Positions 1 to 9,369 of a stretch of DNA of 64,000 nt are shown here, piece after piece. The stretch comes from an uncultured Spirochaetota bacterium (GTDB lineage: Bacteria > Spirochaetota > Spirochaetia > SZUA-6 > Fen-1364), in NCBI GenBank assembly GCA_963745235.1, contig CAVUXE010000028.1:93171-157170 (forward strand). The letters run 5' to 3'. The position numbers and the translations under genes are program-made. The first letter of the stretch is position 1; the number at the start of each line of letters is the position of its first letter. Below the pieces are notes generated by a model, which was given only the letters and a program-made list of their open reading frames with translations, was not told where the DNA came from and did no database searches.

Positions 1-82
1 TGCTGATGACGATCCACAGGGCAATCGAACCAGCCACGGACCAGACCCAGACGTTCCTGCCAACGAAGTGCCCGAGCCTCAT
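1..82 (-). CDS. sugar ABC transporter permease, N-terminal fragment (gene runs off the window start)
   Basis: The ATG at 82..80 overlaps the TGA (81..79) of the upstream ORF (ATGA coupling). Hand translation MRLGHFVGRNVWVWSVAGSIALWIVIS gives a basic N-terminus followed by a TM-like segment. Confidence 0.45.
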   Translation of the reverse strand, partial: MRLGHFVGRNVWVWSVAGSIALWIVIS

Positions 83-2578
83 TTTCTCACCTCCATACGG
101 GCGCTCACCAGCTTCAGGGCCAGCGCGGCAATCAGGATCAGGCCGGTCACGGCGCTCTGCATATTCGAATCGATCCCGATGAAGGTAAGGAGGAACGAGA
201 TGCTGGAAATGCCCAGCGCGGCCATCACCACGCCGACGGGTGAGCTTATCCCCCCGAAGAAGCTGCACCCTCCGAGAATGATGGTGGCGATGCTGAGCAT
301 GTTGTACGCCCTGCTGGAGTTGGCGTCCCCGCTGCTGGCGATTGCCGTCAGCATGAAAGCGCCTATCACCGTCATCAACCCGGAGAGGGCGTAGGCTACG
401 GCCATGGCCGCGAACCGGGACCATCCGGCGCGGCTCAGGGCAGTGGGGTTGTTGCCCATGGCGTTGATGATCATGCCGTACTTGGAGCGCCTCACGATCC
501 ACCAGGAAAGAAGCGCCGCTCCTCCTGCAATCACGATTGGCATCGGCACCACGGGGACTCGTGCGTTGTAGAAAGCGGACAGCCATGCGGGAGCGCTGCC
601 CCCCGGGACGGGCGCGACGGTCAGGGCCAGGCCAAGCCATACGAAGGAGGCGCCGAGCGTGATGACGATGGCCGGGATGCGCGTGAAATAGATGACAGCC
701 GCCAGGCCCGCGTATCCAAGGACCACGAGCAGCAGATACGAAGCGCCCAGACCCGGATTGCTTGTGAACACGATGGCGATGATCACGTTCAGAAGGCCGA
801 CGGACTGTCCGTTTCCAAGGTCTATTCCGCCCGTGATCACGATGAACATCTGTCCCAGCGCGATGAACACCAGGGGAATGGCGGAGGAGTACAAGAGCTG
901 CACTCCGAGGTAGGACGTGATCCTGTGGTTGAAAGCCGAGTTGACCACGAAGATCGTGACCAGGGTGGCGAACGCGAGGAAAGCGCCGTTGTTGAAGATT
1001 CTGCGCACCGCGCCGCCGGCGCGCCTCGGGGAGCGGTTCCGCGCAATGGCTTCCTCTCCCGCGGCCCCTTTCGACTTCTCCTGAAACGACGTGGTGATGA
1101 TGTTCTGCACGGAGACCTGATCTCCCACCAACTCCCGGACTATCCTTCCTTCGTGCATGACGTAGACCCGGTCGCACTGCTCCATCTCGAGGTCTTCCGT
1201 GCTGTGCAGCAGGATGGCCTTTCCCTGCTGTCTCGCCTCGGCGAGCAGTCGGTAGATCTCCTGCTTCGTCTCCACGTCCACGCCGCTGGTTGGATCGTTC
1301 AGCAGCACGAGATCGGCTTCCGTTGCCAGGCACCGCGCGAGCAGGGCTTTCTGCTGGTTGCCCCCGGAAAGGCTGGTGATGGAGTCTCGGACTCCCCGCG
1401 CCCTGATCTTCAGCTTCTCATACCAGTACTTCGCGAGCGCCACGACCTTCCCCGTGTATACGAGACCGAAGCGGGTCACCCGGTCGAGGCTGGAGATCAC
1501 GGTGTTGTCCGCGATGTCCCAGAGAGGAAAGATGCCCTCGTTGTGCCTGTCTCCGCTCGCGTAGGCAACATCCGCTTCCAGGCGAACGCCCGGGCTTCGC
1601 GTGCCGCGGGAGGCTCTGAAAACGGATTTGATAAGCTCGGTCTGGCCGGCTCCCTGGAGGCCAGAGATCCCGACGATCTCCCCCTTTCGAACATGCAGGT
1701 TGATGTCGTGAAGCCCCTCCGTGCTGAGCCCGTGAATGCTGAGGGCAAGCGGAAGATCCAGATTTTCCTGGACCGCCGTGCGCGCGGCCTGGACCCTGCC
1801 CCCCAGGATCTCCACCAATTCACGCATGGAGGTGGATGCGCGGTAGCCCGCCCACTGCGTGGTGCCGCCCTTCATGACCACCACCCGGTGACAGACCTTC
1901 TCGATCTCATCCAGCTTGTGGGAGATGTAGATGATGGCGATCCCCCGCTCCGCAAGGTCCCTCATTGCCGTCGTGGAGATGGGTGATCCTGTCTCCCGTC
2001 AGGGAGGAGGTGGGCTCGTCAAGCACCAGGAGTTTCAGCCCCGGCTGTGAGATGGCCTTTGCGATTTCGAGCATCTGGCGCTGCGGCAGCAGCAGGTCGC
2101 TCACCGGCGCGTACACATCGATTCCGTGGCCGGGAAAGAGCTCATCCAGGAACTTGCGGGCCACCTGCGCGCCCCGACGTCTCCATCCCGGCGCGCTGAA
2201 AGGCGCGTGGTCCACCAGGTTCACCAGGAAGTTCTCATACACCGTCAGGTTCGTGAAAAGCGAGAGCTCCTGATACGCGCAGGCCACGCCGCACTCCTTG
2301 GCCGTATTCGCGTTCAGGTCCGCGGTTGTCTTTCCGGCGGCCAGGAACGAAACGTCTCCGCTCGTAGGCGCTTCCACGCCGGTGATCACCTTGATGAGAG
2401 TGCTCTTGCCGGCGCCGTTCGGGCCGACGAGGCCGATGATCTCCCCGAGCCGGATCTCCAGGCTCATGTCTTTCAGCGCTCGCGTGGTGCCGAAGTTCTT
2501 GCAGATTGCCGTCAGCGTGAGAAAAGGACTACGCGCCTGTGCTGCCTGATCGCTCATTCGATTCGCGCCATGGTACAC
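79..2578 (-). pseudogene. CUT2-type (RbsA/MglA-like) two-NBD sugar ABC ATPase that continues in frame into an RbsC-like permease domain; one frame disruption near 1966-1970
   Basis: Built from ORFs 1907..2578 and 79..1965. NBD1 has GPNGAGKST and LDEPTSSLT. The frame is lost after ...THLHD and resumes at [24 protein letters not shown]2 has GLQGAGQTE, LSGGNQQK and LLNDPTSGVD. About 330 aa of permease (ITGGIDLGNG, many TM segments) then follow with no stop codon. Confidence 0.8.
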
Positions 2579-2681
2579 CTGTCCGCGGTGATATGCCAGG
2601 AACCGGTGAGAAAGTGGTTCCCGTGAGAACCGCGGCGGGCCCCGCGTGGAGCCCGCCGTCCCTGTTCGGATGCGGTCAGTC

Positions 2682-3699
2682 CTATTTCTTGTAGTACGTG
2701 CTCACGATCCAGTCGTGGTCATACCCCTTCGCGGCAACCTCGTCCGGCTTGAGGTTGGCGAAGTCGTCCACCATGTCCTGCGTAACGCTGAGAGCGGGCA
2801 TGATCATGGTCTTGGGAACCTTCACGCCTCGAAGGACATCCACCGCGACATACAGCGAGGAGGCCGCGCTCCAGGGATTGGCCGCCCAGGAGAAGGACTT
2901 GTAGCCGTTCTTTGCCTTCTCATGGGACCACCAGGTCAGGAAGTTTCCGCGGTTCCCGCCGATGATGACCGGGATTTTCCTGCCCGGCCGCCTGGAACGC
3001 CTCCAAGGCCCCGTACTCGTCCCCGCCCTGGCCCAGGACACCGTCCACCTTCTTGAGCCCGGGGAGAATGGAGGCAATCTGCTGCTGGGCGACGGACTCC
3101 GTCCATTCCCCGTACACCGTGCCGACGACCTTGATGTTCTGGTACGCCTTGAGCGCCTTGACAACGGAGGCATGGAACGCGTCATCAAAAGGCACGCCCG
3201 CAAGGCCGCGGATCTCGATGATGTCTCCCGTGCGGCCAAGGAGCTCCGCAAGGTGATTGACCGCATTGGTCGCCATGGAGTCCGTATCCCAGAGAATCTG
3301 GTAGCAATTCTGATCGGTCACCGGTCCGTCGTTGACAATGACCACCGGGATTCCAGCGCTGACAGCCTTGTCGATTGCACCGTTGAGGCCTGACCCGCTG
3401 CCCGGATCGATGATGATCGCATTCACGCCCTCCAGGATCAGGCTTTCAATCTGCGAGACCTGGGTCGCGACGTTGTTGTTGGACTGGAGCATCTTGTAGC
3501 TCTTCAAGGTGCCGTCAGCCACCATGGAGTCCGCGAGCTTTCGAAAGAGCGCCTCCATTGTCTGGCGGTATGTGTTCCCGCCATACGAATTGGAGAACCC
3601 GATCACGAACCCTTTCCCCGCGTTGTCCGCCGCGAAGGTTGCAATTCCTGGAATCAGGAACGCCACGCACACAAGCGCCAGAAGCCGTTTCCCGTTCAT
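2682..3699 (-). pseudogene. periplasmic sugar-binding protein (RbsB-like), frame disrupted at 2981-2987
   Basis: Built from ORFs 2920..3741 and 2682..3266. The signal peptide MNGKRLLALVCVAFLIPGIATFAA starts at the ATG at 3699. The junction is ...EAFQAAG / RKIPVIIGGNRGNF. Removing one G from coding-strand GCCGGGCAGG restores the frame. Confidence 0.8.
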
Positions 3700-3781
3700 C
3701 TGCCGATCTCCTTTCTCTGTTTGCTCTGATACAGAATGCACCCTCGGCCAAGCCTCTTGTGCAATCCCCCACCCTGCTGTA

Positions 3782-3809
3782 AAATAACACTGATGTATCA
3801 GTGTTATTT
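3782..3809. promoter_or_regulatory. perfect inverted repeat AAATAACACTGAT-GT-ATCAGTGTTATTT (13-2-13), probable repressor operator
   Basis: Read directly from the sequence. It is an AT-rich palindrome in the divergent intergenic region between the sugar-binding gene (-) and the URO-D-like gene (+). Confidence 0.6.
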
Positions 3810-3816
3810 CAGATGC

Positions 3817-3845
3817 AGTCTATACCCTGCCCGCGTCGCTGTCAA
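3817..3845 (-). promoter_or_regulatory. candidate sigma-70 promoter TTGACA-17 nt-TAGACT reading toward the ABC operon
   Basis: The reverse complement of 3840..3845 is TTGACA and of 3817..3822 is TAGACT, with a 17-nt spacer. The palindrome at 3782..3809 would lie just downstream of the start site. Confidence 0.4.
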
Positions 3846-3879
3846 CTTTTTTTGATAGGGAAGAAAGAGAGGGACCACC

Positions 3880-5020
3880 GTGCGCGCTGACCACTGGAAC
3901 AGCCTTGTGCACGCGGCCCGCGGCGAGCCGGCAGCGCGGACGCCCGTCGCGTTGATCGTGGATACTCCGTGGATTCCGCCGTTCCTGGGCATTTCAACGG
4001 TGGACTACATCGGCGTTCCCGACGTATGGCTTGAAGCCAATCTCGCGGTGGCGCGTCGGTTTCCCGACGTGATCTTCCTGCCCGGCTTTTGGGTGGAGCC
4101 GGGGATGGCGGCCGAGCCGTCGGGCTTCGGTTGCCGCATTCAGTTCTCCTCGGACCAGCCGCCGGCCATTCACGCTCTCTTTTCCGACATCACGCAGACG
4201 GAGGGACTCGCGGCGCCCAACCCTCGCAGCGATGGCCTCATGCCCCTCGTTCTGGCCCAATACCGGCACGCGCTTTCTCGGGTGCGGGCGGAGGGAATGG
4301 ACATGCGGATCGTGGCTGCCAGAGGTCCGCTGGCTCTGGCCTCACACCTCATGGGGCTCACCGAGTTTCTTGTAGCCCTGAAGACCGAACCGGGCAATGA
4401 CGCACAAGCTCCTGAAGGTGACGACTCAGCTCGTCCGGGACTGGCTTTCGGCGCAGGCTGAAGTGCTGCCCTCCACGGATGGCGTCATGGTGCTCGATGA
4501 CGTTGTGGGGTTCTTGTCCCGGGAGGACTACCTGGAGTTTGCGCATCCCTGCTTGAAGGACGTATTTTCTTTTCCGGTCACGATAAAGATCTTCCACAAT
4601 GACACGGACTCGTCGGTTTGCTACGAGTTCCTGCAGGACTTGGGAGTGAATGTGTTCAACTTCACTCACCTGAAAACCATCCGGGAGACCCGGGAACGCG
4701 TGGGAGATTCGGTGTGCCTGATGGGCAATGTTTCGCCGCGGGACGTGCTGGCGCAGGGCAGACACGAGGCTGTCGCCGAGGCCGCCGGTCGGTGTCTTGC
4801 GGAAAACGCCGGGCATCCTGCCTTCCTCCTCTCCGCCGGCGGCGGCGTGTCTCCGGGGACCTCCGCGGAAAATATCGACGCTCTGGTTCATGCAGCCGGT
4901 TCGCCGGCACCGAGGGCCGGATCCCGCGGACTCCGAGCTCGCGGGCCCTGGATCCGCTTGCTGACAGGGAAAGTCCATGAGATTCTTGACGGCCTGGAGC
5001 GAGGTGGGAATGAAGACTGA
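3880..5020 (+). pseudogene. uroporphyrinogen-decarboxylase (URO-D) family protein, frame disrupted at 4390-4396
   Basis: Built from ORFs 3880..4461 and 4397..5020, about 380 aa together. The junction is ...LVALKTEP / MTHKLLKVTTQLVRDW. Removing one G from ACCGGGCAATG restores the frame. Family assignment is by eye only. GTG start follows AGAGAGGGA. Confidence 0.65.
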
Positions 5021-5035
5021 CTCAGGGGTGCTGAG

Positions 5036-6097
5036 ATGAGGGCCTGGGTGCTGCATGCAGCCAGGGATTTGCGGCTGGAGAACAGGACGCTGCCTTCGGC
5101 CTCACCGGGCGCTGTGGTCATTCGCGTTGCCCGCGCCGGGATTTGCGGATCGGACCTTCACTACTACGGTGAAGGTCGTGCCGGCGCTTTCGTGCCGAAG
5201 GCGCCGTTCGTCCTCGGTCACGAGTTTGCCGGCGAAGTGGTGGAGCGAGGGCCCGATGCGGAGGGATTGTCCGTGGGAGACCGCGTTGCGGTGGACCCTA
5301 CCATCCCGTGCCGCCGCTGCGCGCCGTGCCGGCACGGCCGTTCGAACCTCTGCCTGAAGATGCGGACGTTCGGGTCCGCCAGCAGCTTTCCCCACCTTGA
5401 CGGTGGGTTCCAGGAGTATATCGCCGTCCCGGCCTTCAACTGCCTCAGGCTCCCGGATTCCGTGGACGACGCGGCAGGGGCCCTCATGGAACCCCTTGCA
5501 GTGGCCGCCCAGGCAATTGCGCGCGCCGGCGGCGTCGCAGGACTGAACGTCCTGATCACGGGGGCCGGTACAATCGGCCAGTGCATCCTCACCGTTGCCC
5601 GCGCATTCGGGGCAGCGCGAGTCGCGGTCACCGACCCGGACTCCTTTGCCCGCTCCTTTGCGCTCGATCATGGTGCTGATCTGGCAGCGGATCCGTCCCA
5701 GCCTGATGCTGACAGCCTCCTCGCGCAGCAAGCCCCGGACGGCTTCGACATCGCATTCGAAGCATCCGGCTCTCCGCAGGCGCTGGCCCTGGCCATCCGG
5801 GTGTGCGCCCGGGGAGGTACGGTGGTGCAGGTCGGGACTCTGCCCGCGGAGTGTACCATGCCAGCGAACCTCGTCATGTCCAGGGAGTTGGCGTTCATCG
5901 GGTCTTTCCGTTATGTCAATGTCTTCGAAAAAGTGCTCGATCTGCTCGTGGGGGGCAGGATTTCCGCGGGCCACATTGTAACGAGCGTGCTTCCCCTCGA
6001 GGACCTTCCTGCAGCGGTTGAGAAAGCAGCCGGCACGGGCAACGTGATGAAAGTGCAGGTGAGATGGGAGAATGCGCACGAGCGCGGGCGAAAATGA
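5036..6097 (+). CDS. zinc-dependent polyol/alcohol dehydrogenase (MDR family; L-idonate 5-dehydrogenase or sorbitol dehydrogenase-like)
   Basis: Contains ICGSDLHYY, GHEFAGEV, the structural-zinc cluster CRRCAPCRHGRSNLC and the Rossmann motif ITGAGTIGQ. Length 353 aa. Confidence 0.85.
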   Translation: MRAWVLHAARDLRLENRTLPSASPGAVVIRVARAGICGSDLHYYGEGRAGAFVPKAPFVLGHEFAGEVVERGPDAEGLSVGDRVAVDPTIPCRRCAPCRHGRSNLCLKMRTFGSASSFPHLDGGFQEYIAVPAFNCLRLPDSVDDAAGALMEPLAVAAQAIARAGGVAGLNVLITGAGTIGQCILTVARAFGAARVAVTDPDSFARSFALDHGADLAADPSQPDADSLLAQQAPDGFDIAFEASGSPQALALAIRVCARGGTVVQVGTLPAECTMPANLVMSRELAFIGSFRYVNVFEKVLDLLVGGRISAGHIVTSVLPLEDLPAAVEKAAGTGNVMKVQVRWENAHERGRK

Positions 6098-6272
6098 CCC
6101 GCCGCGGCGAGGTGCGCGGACGGCGGATACTTCAGTAGACTTTTGCAAACTCCGGCCGTTGGCAGGACGCGCAGCGTATCTCGCAATTCACCAGCGCGTC
6201 ACTGCCCCACGTAGCTTTTCGACGCGCCCACCATCCCCGCTCGTATCGGCTCCCTGCAGGTTCCATACCAGC

Positions 6273-6430
6273 TCATGACTGCACCGACCATGATGACCAG
6301 CGGATGATGGATCGCTCCTCTTCCAGGACTTTTATGTCACGGCGAATCGTGATTTCCTGCAAACCGATATCAATTATCTGACCCTGATGATCAAACCGGC
6401 CTGAAACGGCACTGCAGCGCAGCGGCGGTT
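6273..6430 (-). pseudogene. possible remnant of a DeoR-family HTH (N-terminal part only)
   Basis: The minus-strand ORF 6273..6494 contains ...GLQEITIRRDIKVLEEERSIIR, which resembles the DeoR signature VSxxTIRRDLxxLEexGlixR. A stop follows where the effector domain should begin. Confidence 0.3.
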
Positions 6431-6482
6431 GTGCCAAACGTATCTTGCATATCCCAAATGTGTTAGGTATGCTCCGACAAAA

Positions 6483-7286
6483 ATGATAGCTCAACTGGAC
6501 CCACCCATCAGGGCCGTGATCCTGGACATGGACGGTGTGTTATGGGCCGGCAAACAGGCGCTGATAGACATACCTGTCGCTTTCCAAAAAATGAACGACT
6601 TGGATCTTAAGGTCATTCTGGCGACAAATAATGCCACCCAAACCGCCGCGCAGTTCGTAGAGAAAGTACGATCCTTTGGCGTTGAGCTCGGACCTGAACA
6701 GATAATCAATTCGCCCATGGCGGTGGCAGATATTCTCGAACAGCGTTTTCCCGGTGGCGGCCCCGTCTACATTTTTGGTGAGGAAGGCATCCGCACGACC
6801 CTCAAGGAACACGGCTACTACCATGCCGAAAAGGATGTTTTGGCCGTCGTGGTTGGGCTGAATCGCCAGGCAACTTTTGCTGACTTTTGCGCCGCCACCA
6901 GCTTGATCCGCGGCGGTGCACCATTTATCGGAACCAACCCTGATAATACCTTTCCACAGGCAAATGGTACGGTGATTCCCGGAGGAGGAGCCTTTCTGGC
7001 ATTCTTTGAAGCTTCTACCGAGGTTAAACCAACCATAGCGGGCAAGCCATTCCCCTTCCTCTTTAACTTGGCGATCAAGCGCTTGAGCGTCCACCCTCAG
7101 CAAATCCTGGCAGTCGGCGACCGACTGGATACAGACATAGTCGGCGCCCGCAAGGCCGGCTGCCGTACCGGGTTAGTGCTTTCAGGCGCTTCCAAACTCG
7201 AAGACCTGGAGTCGTTCTCACCATGGCCTGACCTGGTTGCCAAGGACTTGATGGCAATGCTGACGGCTGACGTCCTGATTTCCTGA
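6483..7286 (+). CDS. HAD-superfamily subfamily IIA phosphatase (NagD-like)
   Basis: Contains DMDGVLW (motif I), LATNN, AGKP and VGDRLDTDI (motif IV). The start is taken at MIAQLDPPIRAVILDMDG, inside ORF 6429..7286. Confidence 0.85.
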   Translation: MIAQLDPPIRAVILDMDGVLWAGKQALIDIPVAFQKMNDLDLKVILATNNATQTAAQFVEKVRSFGVELGPEQIINSPMAVADILEQRFPGGGPVYIFGEEGIRTTLKEHGYYHAEKDVLAVVVGLNRQATFADFCAATSLIRGGAPFIGTNPDNTFPQANGTVIPGGGAFLAFFEASTEVKPTIAGKPFPFLFNLAIKRLSVHPQQILAVGDRLDTDIVGARKAGCRTGLVLSGASKLEDLESFSPWPDLVAKDLMAMLTADVLIS

Positions 7287-7303
7287 AGAACGTGCGCCAG
7301 GGA

Positions 7304-8921
7304 CTATTTGCTTGTCTTTAGAACGACGTAGACAACGGGAGGGGCAGATCCGCCAAAACCTGATTCTTCGATCAGCGACCGAAGCGCGACGCCGGCAAAC
7401 ATTCGCTGTCCCTGGTCGTGGGGGCCTTCGGCAGCCGTGGGGTTCCTGCGCAGTGACACCATTTCCCCTTGGGGTATCAGGGACCCGGAGGCCTGCTCTG
7501 GCACATCACTGAGGCCTCCGGCTAGAAGGAGCGTGATCCCTCGGTTGCCTGTCAGATTCTCAAAATAGCGGTAGACATCCGCCAGACGGGCAACCTCGGC
7601 CGCTTTGATCTTGCGGTCTTTGCTGGCGGCGATATGACAGAGGACAAGGTTCACGGCGAAGCGTGTCCCCGTGAGCCTGAATTGTGCTGCATAGGGAGTG
7701 TGGCGAAACTCGTCTTTTCCCGGGTAGGTGCCCAGGTCCTTTGTCATTTGAACCCTGTCGTTGTATATGAAACCGAAATATCCGCTTCTGCTCACGGCAG
7801 CTTCCCAGCCGTCATCCATGCCCGACAGCACCTTCTCCATGCTCCCGGCGTCCCTGAGACCTTCAGCGGCCACAACATCGAAACGAGCCACCGCGGCTGA
7901 AAGAATGGGGTACATTCTCGGCGGGGCCTTCACAGGACTCATGCTCATGTCAGCGATCCGAATCCTCTGGCCGACGAGGGAATTGTCGACAGAACGGGGC
8001 TGCAACCCCGGTGGGTGACCTTGAACCTCTTTGCCGTCTTCGGGCGGAGCTGGCATGGCGGCCAGTGGCACGCGGGCCCCGCGCTTATCCATTGTGTCCT
8101 GGAGAATGTGCAGCCTGAGGGCGATCTGGCCCGCGGCTTTCATTGAATCGATCGCTGCGTTCAGATTGCCGGCCTGCATCTGCGTCACAGCATCGTGATA
8201 CTTCTGTTCGGCATTTTCCATTTCCGTGGGTGCCCACTTTGGCCCGTCGAGCGCCTGAGCAGAGCCAATATCGTTTTCCACGCGGATCTGCGCTTCCCGC
8301 AGCCAGCTCAGTAAACCGCGGACCGTTTCATAGAGGTCGCTCATGCCCTTGAGCGTGTAGTAGGCCTTGAGGCGGGCATCCCAGTAGGACCCGGCGGCAA
8401 ACAGGCCGACAGTGGCATCGATGCCCGAAACCGAGCCGGGCGAACTCATCCGGGAATGCTCGGTCGGCTCTGATTTCCACGAGTTTCGCGCGCGACGTCT
8501 CGAACCGGATCTTTACATCCTCTTCATAAGCCTGCAGAGCCGCCTGCCTGGCTGCATGCGAGGCTTCCGTTGTCTCGGCGAGAAGGGAACGGCATCGAAC
8601 AGGGTCGCCCCCACGCGCGGCCAGCGCCGCGTCAAAAACGGCCTGCGCCTTCGCATACATCTGAGGTTCATAGAGCTCCGCCCCCCACGCCGAAGCGTCC
8701 CGAAGCGCTGCCCGCGCTTCGGCAACCTCGGCATCACTCACGGGGTCGGGCGTCTCCCGCACCTCGGAAACGCTCGCATTCAGGACACGGACCGCGGACG
8801 CGGGACCGCCAACGGGCGAACCGCCAGATGAAAGCGAGGCGCATCCTGGCAACATGACGAAGACCGACGCGAGAGCAATTGCTCGAAACCCGACCAAGGT
8901 GTGCCTGTGTGTTTCGCTCAT
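7304..8921 (-). pseudogene. lipoprotein with DUF4398-like helical repeats and a C-terminal degenerate DNase I/EEP-like domain; frame disrupted at 8422-8428
   Basis: Built from ORFs 8328..9089 and 7304..8449. The lipobox VFVMLPGCAS follows the ATG at 8921. The junction is ...FPDEFARLGFG / IDATVGLFAAGSYW. Removing one G from TTCGGGCATC restores the frame. The C-terminal 230 aa align by eye with DNase I blocks. Confidence 0.75.
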
Positions 8922-9275
8922 CAAAATGACTTCGTTCCTCCCGCGCACTGCGTTGGGGCGACTGTCGTCCTCTCTATTATTATCGTTCGGAAAGTGTCTC
9001 AGCGTGACTGCGGCGGAGTCGAATATTGTTCGACAGCTCTTCAACCAGATCTTTTGGAGAATATCGCGGGGTCCCAGCACGTCACCCATCGGTGACGTGT
9101 CCAGCCCACGGTGCTCCGCGCCGATTCAGGAAAATGACGCTTGCCGTTTGAGGGCTTTTGGCCCGTCGTGAAAGTGCCACAAAGTGTCCTAACCCCTTAC
9201 TGGAGAATGAATAGAATTAGAGAGAAATGGTATCCCTCGGCAAAAGTCGGGCGAATTGGCCTCTTGCCTTTTTTC

Positions 9276-9303
9276 TTGCGTATCCAACGATGTATGCTAT
9301 AAT
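9276..9303 (+). promoter_or_regulatory. candidate sigma-70 promoter TTGCGT-16 nt-TATAAT for the 9.4-17.1 kb sugar locus
   Basis: TTGCGT lies at 9276..9281 and a perfect TATAAT at 9298..9303, about 65 nt upstream of the ATG at 9370. It is overlapped by three GTAT(C/G)C repeats at 9280, 9292 and 9304. Confidence 0.5.
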
Positions 9304-9369
9304 GTATCCATCAAATCTTAACTGGCTTCGGAGTTCGGAAGAATTGCCGGGCCGGCTTGGAGGTGGAGA

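Noticed and set aside
925-1986. Long ORFs antisense to clear genes. Examples are 925..1986 +, 5102..6148 -, 18164..19609 +, 20517..21488 +, 37475..38359 -, 41953..43599 +, 54384..55937 -, 55934..56986 -, 60196..61242 - and 62673..63953 -.
   Set aside because: Their translations are low-complexity and rich in Arg, Pro, Gly and Ala. They lie opposite ORFs with strong family motifs. High GC suppresses stop codons on the antisense strand, so these are shadow ORFs.
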